The notes under the pieces are model-generated. The model saw nothing but the letters and a program-made list of their open reading frames with translations, was not told the DNA's origin and did not search any database. DNA of 64,000 nucleotides from Phenylobacterium sp. (GTDB lineage Bacteria; Pseudomonadota; Alphaproteobacteria; Caulobacterales; Caulobacteraceae), in NCBI RefSeq assembly GCF_030651185.1, contig NZ_JAUSCJ010000041.1, positions 93,693 to 157,692 on the forward strand, written 5' to 3'. Shown one piece after another: positions 20,401 through 28,451 of this stretch. Numbering within the stretch: the stretch's first letter is position 1; the number at the start of each line of letters is the position of its first letter. A program made the translations under genes and the position numbers.

Positions 20401-20545
20401 ATTCCTCCCCCAGGCCGTAGGCCGTTTCGGGGGAGGTGGATCGCAGGCCAGGCCTGCGAGACGGAGGGGGTTTGGGCCGTGGATGTGGCGAGGCCCCAGC
20501 CCCCTCCACCGTTTCGCGGTCCCCCTCCCCCGGTGGGGGAGGAAT
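20401..20545. repeat. 145-bp CIR-like palindromic element
   Basis: attcctcccc / ggggaggaat ends; near-identical same-length copy at 30764-30908. Confidence 0.85.
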
Positions 20546-20546
20546 G

Positions 20547-20714
20547 TTAGAGCCCCAGCTCTTTGCGTTGCGCCCAGGTCAGCTTGGCCGCGACCAGGCC
20601 GTGGGCCGTCGTCAGGCAGTCGCTGACCTCGGCGGCGTCCATCCCCGCCAGGTCCTCGAACCACACCCACCTGGCGCGCGCCAGATAGGGCGCGGAAGGC
20701 CCGATCCCAACCAT
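20547..20714 (-). pseudogene. C-terminal fragment of an MmcQ/YjbR-family gene
   Basis: SAPYLARARWV...TAHGLVAAKLTWAQRKELGL resembles the family C-terminus; only 55 codons remain. Confidence 0.65.
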
Positions 20715-20738
20715 CTTGCCACAGGTCGCCGACGCCGC

Positions 20739-20766
20739 TTGCCCGGGCGAGCTTCCTGAGTATATT
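20739..20766 (+). promoter_or_regulatory. Sigma70-like promoter of tRNA-Ser
   Basis: TTGCCC-N16-TATATT. Confidence 0.55.
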
Positions 20767-20807
20767 GCGCGCCTTCGCGGGCGGCCTGAGGGCGGCTTGC
20801 GACGGCC

Positions 20808-20897
20808 GGTGAGGTGGCGGAGTGGTCGATCGCGCACGCTTGGAAAGCGTGTTTAGGTGAAAGCCTAACGAGGGTTCGAATCCCTCTCTCACCGCCA
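20808..20897 (+). tRNA. tRNA-Ser(GGA)
   Basis: 90 nt; GGTGAGG/TCTCACC acceptor stem, CACGC-TTGGAAA-GCGTG anticodon arm, long variable arm, GTTCGAAT loop, encoded CCA. Confidence 0.97.
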
Positions 20898-21312
20898 AAA
20901 CTTCCGGTCCAACCGGCTCCCAATTTCACAGGTCGTGAAGCCCTCGGAATTCGCGGCGGATTTCCGCAGCTCCGGAGTTTGGCCTCCCACAAAGCCCGAT
21001 TTCAGAGGCGCTCATGAGCGTTTCGGGCCGCGTCTCCACCCGCGAGCGCCCCAGACCTGATCGGGTCGAGGCGGAGAGTCCCGACAATTTAAAGTCGCGA
21101 CCACCAATGCAAAGTTGAATGATAGCTGAAGAGAGGGTGTCTATTTCTGGTACGGTATCAAATACTATTAACTAATATTCCCTCTAGGCGTGTAATTTAT
21201 AGATAATATAGATTTTCGTTTTGAATAACCGAGACTTCTCTTTAGTCCCCTGCCCGACGTATTTGCGTAACGGCCTGCGCGCGGGCCGATTCTACTAAGG
21301 GGCGAATTCACC

Positions 21313-23298
21313 ATGAGCGAACTGATCACCAACGGCGGCTTCAGCACCGGCACATTTGCGGGCTGGACTGCGGGCAGCAACCAAACCAACCCGTATCAGG
21401 CCTCCTTCGGTGGGAGCGGTAATTCTCAGGTCGTCAATTCCACCTCAGGCCAACCGGCCTGGTTCATGCGTAACGTCGCAGGCGGCAGCGCCACTCCGAT
21501 AAGCGGCTACACGGCGTTTAATGGCTTCGACGGCAGCCCGGGTAAGTTCACCCTGAGCCAGACAATTCACATTGATGAGACCGTGTCCTCGGCCATCTTG
21601 AAGTTCGATTTCGCTTCCACCACCAGTTACAGTGGTGCGGCTCGCACCTTTGATGTTGTTCTCACCCAGGGCGGCGTCACAAAGGCCAGCTTCTATCATT
21701 TTGTGGCCCCGTTCGGCGACTCGGCCTGGAGCCCGGTCACGCAGGTGTCGCTGGATATCGGTGCGACCTTGAATTCGCTCAGCGCGGGTGACTACACGCT
21801 GACCTTCGTCGAGGTCATCCCCAGCAACTTCACCGGCCCCGGCGCCTTCGGTCTGGACAATATCTCGCTCAACGCCACCTTCGGCCCCAGCAACGTGGCG
21901 CCCGTCGCCGTCGCCGACGCCTTCGCGGCGACCGAGGATGGCGCGGCGGTGACGCTTAACGTGCTGGCCAACGACACTGACGCCGACGCCGGCGACACCA
22001 AGACCCTGGTCTCGGTCAACACCACGGGCACGACGGGGTCAGCGACCGCCAACGCCGACGGCACGGTGACCTACAATCCGGGCGCCAACTTCCAATCGCT
22101 GAAGGCCGGCGCCACGGCCACCGACACCTTCAGCTACACCCTGAAGGACACCGCGGGCCTGACCAGCACCACGACCGTCACCATGACCGTCACCGGCGTG
22201 AACGACGGTGTCATCGCCGTCGCCGACAGCGGCGCGGCGACCGAGGATGGCGCCGCGGTGACGCTGGACGTCCTGACCAACGACACCGACGTCGATGCGG
22301 GCGACACCAAGACCCTGGTCTCGGTCGACGCCACCGGCGCCCTGGGATCGGTGAGCGCCAACGCCGATGGAACCGTGAGCTACGTCACGGAATCGGCCTT
22401 CCAGAGCCTGAAGGCCGGCGCGACGGCCACCGACACCTTCAGCTATACGGTCCGGGATTCCGCCGGCGCCGAGAGCACGGCCTCGGTGACCATGACGGTC
22501 ACCGGCGTGAACGACGGACCGGTCGCCCTGGCGGACGCGGGGTCGGTTTCCGAAGACCAGTCGGTGATCCTCAACGTTCTGGCCAATGACACCGATATTG
22601 ACACTGGCGACCTGAAGACCCTCGTTTCCGTGTCGGCCACCACCAGCGGCGCCAGTGTCGCCATCGTCGATGGCAAGGTGGTTTACACCGCCGACGCAGA
22701 CACCCAGGACCTGTTGACCGAGGGTCAAACCGCGACTGACAGTTTCACCTATGTGATGGCCGACTCTGCGGGCGCCACCAGCACTGCGACGGTCAGCGTG
22801 ACGGTTGGCGGCGTCGCCAACGGGGCCAATATTCTTGGCACGGTGAAGTCCGATGTTCTGTTGGGCACGGCGGCCGACGAGCGTATCGAGGGCGGCAACG
22901 GCGACGACACCGTCAATGGCTACGACGGGGCCGACAACCTCTTCGGCGGCAACGGCGGCGACCGGCTGTTCGGCGGGGCGGGCATCGACCAGCTCTCCGG
23001 CGAAAATGGCTCCGACACTCTCGACGGTGGGGCCGGCAATGACATCCTGACTGGCGGGAACGGGCCGGACCGTTTCGTCTTCGGCGCCGGCTTCGGCAAC
23101 GATACGATCACCGACTTCAAGGCGCAGAACGACACCATCCAAATCGACCACAACCTGGTGGGCGGCTTCGGCGCCCTGATGAGCCACGCGTCCCAGGTCG
23201 GGAGCTCGGTGGTGATTGCACTCGACGCCGCCCACTCGATCACGCTGCAGGGCGTGAACCTGTCGAGCCTGAGCAGCAGCGACTTCGTCTTCTCCTGA
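21313..23298 (+). CDS. RTX-type secreted adhesin-like protein: N-terminal beta-rich domain, three Ig/cadherin-like repeats, GGxGxDxxx repeats
   Basis: Repeats start at 21892, 22201, 22510 (309-bp period, AxxDxxxxxED...NVLANDTD); about seven Gly/Asp nonapeptides; no Sec signal. Confidence 0.9.
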   Translation: MSELITNGGFSTGTFAGWTAGSNQTNPYQASFGGSGNSQVVNSTSGQPAWFMRNVAGGSATPISGYTAFNGFDGSPGKFTLSQTIHIDETVSSAILKFDFASTTSYSGAARTFDVVLTQGGVTKASFYHFVAPFGDSAWSPVTQVSLDIGATLNSLSAGDYTLTFVEVIPSNFTGPGAFGLDNISLNATFGPSNVAPVAVADAFAATEDGAAVTLNVLANDTDADAGDTKTLVSVNTTGTTGSATANADGTVTYNPGANFQSLKAGATATDTFSYTLKDTAGLTSTTTVTMTVTGVNDGVIAVADSGAATEDGAAVTLDVLTNDTDVDAGDTKTLVSVDATGALGSVSANADGTVSYVTESAFQSLKAGATATDTFSYTVRDSAGAESTASVTMTVTGVNDGPVALADAGSVSEDQSVILNVLANDTDIDTGDLKTLVSVSATTSGASVAIVDGKVVYTADADTQDLLTEGQTATDSFTYVMADSAGATSTATVSVTVGGVANGANILGTVKSDVLLGTAADERIEGGNGDDTVNGYDGADNLFGGNGGDRLFGGAGIDQLSGENGSDTLDGGAGNDILTGGNGPDRFVFGAGFGNDTITDFKAQNDTIQIDHNLVGGFGALMSHASQVGSSVVIALDAAHSITLQGVNLSSLSSSDFVFS

Positions 23299-23306
23299 TG
23301 ACGGTG

Positions 23307-23334
23307 GACGGGGCGGCTTTACGGCCGCCCCGTC
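23307..23334 (+). terminator. Stem-loop after the RTX gene
   Basis: gacggggcggc / gccgccccgtc; no strong T-run. Confidence 0.55.
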
Positions 23335-23597
23335 TCAACTAGCTGGGGACACCCCCTGCGGGAGGCGCCTGACTATTGGACCTCCCCAACCCAAAGGGGC
23401 CTGCCCTATTCTTTGATCTGACCGCGCGGTGGCGACAGGCTGAAGCCAAAGAGTTCGCCAAGCGAAGGCGCACGGGCATGCTCATTGATTTCCCTCGGCA
23501 GCTGAGGACCGGGCGCGCCGGCAGGTACCGGCCATCCGTGGAGGAGTCCCACGAGTGGCTTGAGAGTTGTGGAGACAAGTCGACCTCCGCCTGTCCC

Positions 23598-23627
23598 CAC
23601 CGCCAAAACTTCCGGCCCAACCGGCTC
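23598..23627 (+). repeat. att-like direct repeat of the tRNA-Ser 3' end plus flank
   Basis: caccgccaaaacttccggcccaaccggctc matches 20890-20919 at 29 of 30 positions. Confidence 0.9.
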
Positions 23628-23704
23628 TCGGCCTTGGGGACGTTGCAAGCTCCGACAAACGCACGCGGGGCGAACGGAATGCCGCCCGCCTCGCGCGTCC
23701 TGGG

Positions 23705-24262
23705 CTACTTCACGCAGCAGCGGTTGATCTGCAGCTTGGCCGAGAGGACGCGGGTGTCGTCCTGCACATAGAAGCTCAGGCGATTGTCGGCGTTCATGGC
23801 GGCCAGGGCCGCTGCGCTCATGACGTAGACGCGGGTGGTGGGCTGGTTGATGGCCACCGGGAAGGCCGTGTAGACCGCGCCATTCAGGCCGGGGAAGGCG
23901 ACCCCGTTGCTCATGACCCCCATCGAGTCATTGCCGGCGTCCGAACCGGCGGCCGAGGTCCCGGCCTGGTTGGCCCGCAGGGTGATGGTCAGGGTGGCGC
24001 CCAGGATCTGGCAGCACTGGGGCGGCTTCCACTGGAAGGTGTGCAGGAAGAACTTGTTGGGCGCGGCGTCGTTGAGGCCCGCGCGGGCGATGGCGAGCAT
24101 GTCGGGCCGGAAGTCGGCGTTGATGGGCGTCGGCGTGCTCAGGTCGATCGTCTCATAGGACGGCTTTGGGCAGAGCATGGGACGGCCGGTGTCCTGACCC
24201 AGGGCCATGCCTGCCGACAGCAGACAGCCGATCAGGGCGGTCATGAAAATCGTGCGCTTCAT
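23705..24262 (-). CDS. Secreted Cys-containing hypothetical protein (185 aa)
   Basis: MKRTIFMTALIGCLLSAGMALG signal-like; C, CC, CC pattern; high GC3. Confidence 0.8.
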   Translation of the reverse strand: MKRTIFMTALIGCLLSAGMALGQDTGRPMLCPKPSYETIDLSTPTPINADFRPDMLAIARAGLNDAAPNKFFLHTFQWKPPQCCQILGATLTITLRANQAGTSAAGSDAGNDSMGVMSNGVAFPGLNGAVYTAFPVAINQPTTRVYVMSAAALAAMNADNRLSFYVQDDTRVLSAKLQINRCCVK

Positions 24263-24365
24263 CGGTCTACACCTCAATTGGATCGCCCAGGGTTTGCGCG
24301 AACTGAACAGAGGTCGTTGGGCCGAGGGAGGCGGTTCAAATCGCGCGCCCCCCTCGCGCCGCCAT

Positions 24366-24788
24366 CTAGTTGAACTTCGGACCAACCTTTTCGATCTTGT
24401 CGCGCGGGCTGATCAGCACGCAGGTCTGGCCGACCACCCGGTAGGGCCGGACCACGATATTCTGAGCGTAGGTCCCGATCGGTGCGCTGTTGGGATGCTT
24501 GAAGGTCAGCTTGTACGTGCCCTCAGGCAGCTGGAACTTGCGCACGGTTCCGGTGCTGTTCAGAGGGGCGGCCGGAAACATGGTGGCCGGCCCGCTGGGC
24601 TGCTTGCGGAAGGTGTACTCCAGGCCGACGTCGGCGAAGGAGAACAGGTTGAGTTTCACCGTGTAGACGCCCCCGCCGCCGGGGGCGATCTCGCAGATAT
24701 TGGTCGCCGAGGTGACCACCTGGGCGTCGGCGGACCCCGCCAGGGCCAGCCCCGCGGCGGTCGCCGCCATCATCATCCTGAGCCTCAT
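24366..24788 (-). CDS. Secreted hypothetical beta-rich protein (140 aa)
   Basis: ggaga SD; signal peptide ending ADA-Q; one Cys near each end of the mature chain. Confidence 0.8.
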   Translation of the reverse strand: MRLRMMMAATAAGLALAGSADAQVVTSATNICEIAPGGGGVYTVKLNLFSFADVGLEYTFRKQPSGPATMFPAAPLNSTGTVRKFQLPEGTYKLTFKHPNSAPIGTYAQNIVVRPYRVVGQTCVLISPRDKIEKVGPKFN

Positions 24789-25019
24789 GTCGTTTCTCCA
24801 TAGGCGGGCGCGCGGGACTGAATCCCGGCGACCTGGGGGGATGGAAGGAGACACTCCAGCCTGCTGCAACCGGCGCGAGCCCTCTGGCCTGCGACGGCTG
24901 CGAGGGACGCAGACCGTCCGCATCTCACCCCCAGCAGGTCGTTGGAAGCGGCGCCAAGGTTCAATCAGCCAGGGTTGTGCGCGCCTTCGCGGGCGGCCTG
25001 AGGGCGGCTCGCGACGGCG

Positions 25020-25107
25020 GGTGAGGTGGCGGAGTGGTCGATCGCGCACGCTTGGAAAGCGTGTTTAGGTGAAAGCCTAACGAGGGTTCGAATCTCTCTC
25101 ACCGCCC
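25020..25107 (+). pseudogene. Degenerate second copy of tRNA-Ser(GGA)
   Basis: Identical to 20808 onward until the T-arm; 2-nt deletion (aatctctctcacc vs aatccctctctcacc); ends GCCC rather than GCCA; 5' flank 24978-25019 also duplicated. Confidence 0.9.
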
Positions 25108-25210
25108 AAATTCTGCGATAAAACAAGATGTTACGGGCGTCGAAGGGTGATGTCCTTGGCGCATTGGCGGTCATGACGCCGCCTCCGGAACGGAGGCTCG
25201 GACGTCTCTC

Positions 25211-25906
25211 TCAGCGCGGCGCCCGGGGCCTGTGAGAAACGCGCCATGACGCGCGCCACGACACGGGAGACAGCGCCACCCGTCCGGGATCGGCCGCCCG
25301 CGGCCAACTGAGCTGGACTCGGACGACGCCCTCACCGCCAAAACGTCCTGTCAGGAGATCAGGGGCCCAATCACCTTGCTCGGGCCGGCGGGGGGGTGAC
25401 GGCTCGAACAAGCGCTCGCAGGGCAGCATGTCGTCGGGAAATTCCTTGGGCTCGATGTCGCCGGTGGCCAGCCCCGCGAGGAAATCGGTGAGGCCGCAAT
25501 CGAACGCCTCATACTCCCCCATGCCGCGATCCCAGACCACGACGCCCCAGGCGTCGGGTGGGCCGCGCGGGAGCCAAAGAAGATAGTCGCCGAAGTCGGT
25601 CTTCCCGAACGGCAGCAATCCGCCCGGCTCAGGCCACAGGGGATAGGGGCGATCCTCGTCATCCCGGAGGACGTCACAGATCACGCGAACTTCGGATTGC
25701 AGCCTCACATAGGGACTCCAGGACACCGGCACGTGGACTCCCACGAACTCCATAAAGCTGCCGAACCCGTAGAGCCGGACGAAGTCCTTGTAATCCTGGG
25801 GCAGGCCCGTTCCGAGGTCAGCCTCAATCGCTTCCCAAGGTCCGGCATAGGTTTCATCGGGCGCCACCGGCGGCGGGACCACCCTGATCAGGTTTTCAAT
25901 GGTCAC
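25211..25906 (-). CDS. SMI1/KNR4 (SUKH) immunity protein
   Basis: WEAIEADLGTGLPQDYKDFVRLYG, LLPFGKTDFGDYLLW; GTG start with ggagg SD overlapping the toxin stop. Confidence 0.88.
   Translation of the reverse strand: MTIENLIRVVPPPVAPDETYAGPWEAIEADLGTGLPQDYKDFVRLYGFGSFMEFVGVHVPVSWSPYVRLQSEVRVICDVLRDDEDRPYPLWPEPGGLLPFGKTDFGDYLLWLPRGPPDAWGVVVWDRGMGEYEAFDCGLTDFLAGLATGDIEPKEFPDDMLPCERLFEPSPPRRPEQGDWAPDLLTGRFGGEGVVRVQLSWPRAADPGRVALSPVSWRASWRVSHRPRAPR
25331..25344 (+). repeat. Short att-like copy of the tRNA-Ser 3' end
   Basis: ctcaccgccaaaac identical to 20888-20901. Confidence 0.65.
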
Positions 25907-26852
25907 GCTTCCTCCCCGCAGGATTCTCGATGATGCGAGCGATGGGCGCCCCGCGAGAACCAAGCGCAGCGAGCAGAATTCTCGCAGGCGCGAGCACTCC
26001 CGCATTGTACAGCGGCATTGCTGTATACTGGATGATTTCCCCCGCCTTGACCCGCCGCCCCGTCGCGTTCTCGAAGCGCTGCATCAGAGATGAGTTGGTT
26101 GGATTTTGCGTCAATGTGACGAGGTCTAGTGGGCTCCGACCTGAACCTCCAAGTTGCTTTGCTTGGAGGTGTCCCCGCGCTTCATTGTACTTTGTCCCGT
26201 CGCCTTGCCAACCGGGCGGGGTCACCCGCCGGTTGGCCTTCGTCCCAGAGCCGAGAGTGGAGGCTGTTAGAGTCGCAACCAACCCCGTCGCCTGTCCAAG
26301 CGGGGTGGGGCGACCGTGTCTGACCGCAGGCTGTTTGACCAAGGGCGGCGCCAACACTGGTCGTCTGGCCGTCGGCGCAAGAGGGGCGAACCTGGGACGG
26401 GGTGCAGCCCCGAGGAGTGCGGCATCCGCCGCACTTCCGCCTATCAGCGCCCCGTTGCGCGCCTGTGGGGATGCGTTCGCGAGCGTGGCGATCGCATAGG
26501 CGGCGCTCCCGAGCGGGTGGTCCGCCATGAAGAGGGCGCGAGTGACCGCCTGCCTCCGGTCTGCGCGCACGGTGGGCGAGATCGCCGGATCATCAACGTG
26601 CACCAAGACGTCGGCGCGCCCATTGTCGACTCGCCTGTAGGTTCGACCGCCGATCGTGACATAGGGGTTCGGACGAGCGGCTCGATTGAGCAAGGCGAGA
26701 CGCCCATAAGCTGAGGGGAATGATCCCGCAGCTAGAGGCGTCGGCGCGGCTATCGCACTCTGCCCTGCACCACGCTGTCGGACCAATTTGCCATGCGGGT
26801 CACCCAAAGGATTAGGAACGGAACGCGGCTTTCCATTCGGCATCTCCGCCAT
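25896..26852 (-). CDS. Polymorphic-toxin-like protein with C-terminal DNA/RNA non-specific (His-Me) endonuclease
   Basis: PPGWQGDGTKYNEARGHLQAKQLGGSG, LVTLTQNPTNS..M..FE motifs; SUKH gene directly downstream. Confidence 0.85.
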   Translation of the reverse strand: MAEMPNGKPRSVPNPLGDPHGKLVRQRGAGQSAIAAPTPLAAGSFPSAYGRLALLNRAARPNPYVTIGGRTYRRVDNGRADVLVHVDDPAISPTVRADRRQAVTRALFMADHPLGSAAYAIATLANASPQARNGALIGGSAADAALLGAAPRPRFAPLAPTARRPVLAPPLVKQPAVRHGRPTPLGQATGLVATLTASTLGSGTKANRRVTPPGWQGDGTKYNEARGHLQAKQLGGSGRSPLDLVTLTQNPTNSSLMQRFENATGRRVKAGEIIQYTAMPLYNAGVLAPARILLAALGSRGAPIARIIENPAGRKRDH

Positions 26853-26938
26853 TCAACATCTCTTTCGCTCGCGATTTCGCCGGCGCGGCCTTGGCTGCCG
26901 CATCTGGAAAATCTGCCACAAGCTCGCTCTTTTGTCTA

Positions 26939-26953
26939 GAACAAAACAAGAAC
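26939..26953 (-). promoter_or_regulatory. Alphaproteobacterial LexA (SOS) box
   Basis: GTTC-ttgtttt-GTTC on the minus strand, abutting a TAGACA -35-like hexamer (26933-26938), 86 nt before the toxin ATG. Confidence 0.8.
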
Positions 26954-27074
26954 ATGTTCGGCATCGAGACTTTTGCGGTGGCCTCGTCAACGCTCGGCGG
27001 GTCACACACCGGCCGAGTTCAAGACTTCGGCCCACCAGCCTCTCCAGAAGGGGACGGCGCCGCTTCGGGAATCC

Positions 27075-27917
27075 CTAGTCCCCGGCCATCTCCCTCAGGT
27101 CCCGCTCGGCGGCGATGTAGCCGAAGGCGTACTTGCTGCGACCGCGGAGGATCTGCTCGAACACCTCGCGGGCGCGCGCCGTGTCGCCATTGTAGAGATG
27201 CCAGTTACCCACGCCATAGCCCTGGGTGGCGTAGAGGGTCTCCAGGTCGTGGATCACCTGGGAGCCGATCTCCGGGGTCAGCAGGTCGTCCGGCGCGAAT
27301 TCGCCCCGGTACATCCGCAGGCGGCGATAATAGGAGGGGCCTTCGACGAAGGCCTCGTCCGGCAACCCGCTCGGGACCGTCGCCAGCACCTGCTCGGCGC
27401 CCACCTCGTCGCCCTTGCGGCGCAGGGTCATGTAGAGCCAGTCGTTACAGGCGGTCAGCCCGTCATGGTCGCCGGGCGCCACCCAGTCCAGACAGCGCCG
27501 ATAGGCGGCCTCGGCCGCATCCCAGTCCCCCAGCAGATAATGCGCCAGGGCCAGGTGGTACCAGGTGTTGAACTGGATGCTGGTGGCGGGCACCGGCAGC
27601 TCGTTGCCCTTGCCGTCCGGCTCGATCCACTCCGGCTTGCCCTCGATCAGCTCCGCGGCGCGGGCCAGGTCGGCGAGCCCCTCGGCGAACCGCCGGGTCG
27701 ACAGATAGCGGTGGCCGCGCTGGCGCAGGAGTTCGAAGGAGTCGGGGAACCGCTCCAACCCCTCGCTGAACACCGCGATGGCCTCGTCGATCTGGTAACG
27801 GAACCCCAGCACCCGACCGTACCAGACGGTGTTGGGCAGGGAGGGATCGTCCTCATGGTTGGATCGGGCGCTGTCGAGGGTGCGGCGGGAGCGGTCCCGG
27901 AGGCTGTCTTGCGTCAT
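27075..27917 (-). CDS. TPR-like repeat protein
   Basis: Helical repeats, e.g. WYHLALAHYLLGDWDAAEAAYRRC, YGVGNWHLYNGD..RA. Confidence 0.75.
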   Translation of the reverse strand: MTQDSLRDRSRRTLDSARSNHEDDPSLPNTVWYGRVLGFRYQIDEAIAVFSEGLERFPDSFELLRQRGHRYLSTRRFAEGLADLARAAELIEGKPEWIEPDGKGNELPVPATSIQFNTWYHLALAHYLLGDWDAAEAAYRRCLDWVAPGDHDGLTACNDWLYMTLRRKGDEVGAEQVLATVPSGLPDEAFVEGPSYYRRLRMYRGEFAPDDLLTPEIGSQVIHDLETLYATQGYGVGNWHLYNGDTARAREVFEQILRGRSKYAFGYIAAERDLREMAGD

Positions 27918-27956
27918 GACCTCAGTGAAGCGGCTGGCGCGCGATGCGTAAAGCCC

Positions 27957-28451
27957 TCAGCCCGCGGCGGCGCGCGGGGCCTCCGACTTGGCGTAGCGCT
28001 GGCTGACCCGGCGCAGGCCCTCCAGGATGGCCTTGGTGCCGTTGGCGTCCTTGCCCGCCTCGGTGTGCAGCAGCAGGCGGAAGGCCCGCAGGTGGACGGC
28101 CACGGCGTTGGCGTCCCAGGTCTTGCGGGTCCGCAGATAGTCGGTCAGGTCGGCCAGGCTCACCAGGGCGGTGTCGATGGGCGCCAGGCCGCAGGCGGTG
28201 GGCACGCCGATCGCCGCGCTGGCGATGGCGTAGAGCTCGTCGGCGACGGCGGCGTCATACTCGCCATTGGCCCGGCCAGCGCACAGCTCGGCCTGATCAA
28301 GCGTCACCCGCAGTTCATCCAGGCACTCGGCGCGCAGGCTTTCCAGCCCCGCCCCCGCCCGCTTGACCGCGTCGGCGACGGGAACCCCGCCAGGGGTGCG
28401 CAGCAGCTTGGCCAGCCGCACCACGGGAATATGAATCTTTACAGAGCTCAA
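27957..28451 (-). CDS. cheE: CheE-like chemotaxis-associated protein
   Basis: RLAKLLRTPGG...A...L N-terminus and AVAVHLRAFRLL; coupled to the upstream receiver gene. Confidence 0.6.
   Translation of the reverse strand: MSSVKIHIPVVRLAKLLRTPGGVPVADAVKRAGAGLESLRAECLDELRVTLDQAELCAGRANGEYDAAVADELYAIASAAIGVPTACGLAPIDTALVSLADLTDYLRTRKTWDANAVAVHLRAFRLLLHTEAGKDANGTKAILEGLRRVSQRYAKSEAPRAAAG

Noticed and set aside
21892-22820. Regular 309-bp repeats as a possible CRISPR or repeat array
   Set aside because: In-frame protein domain repeats, not repeat-spacer structure; no cas genes
23376-23771. 131-aa plus-strand ORF after the RTX gene
   Set aside because: TTG start, no motifs, crosses the att repeat and overlaps the next gene; probably non-coding junction DNA
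20890-25344. tRNA-end repeats as a CRISPR array or as an intact prophage/ICE
   Set aside because: Spacing is kilobases and irregular; no integrase, structural or conjugation genes in the window
27012-27037. tRNA-like T-arm and CCA end (gccgagttcaagacttcggcccacca) at the right edge of the accessory region
   Set aside because: No upstream cloverleaf and no match to tRNA-Ser; could be an eroded att of another tRNA but unsupported
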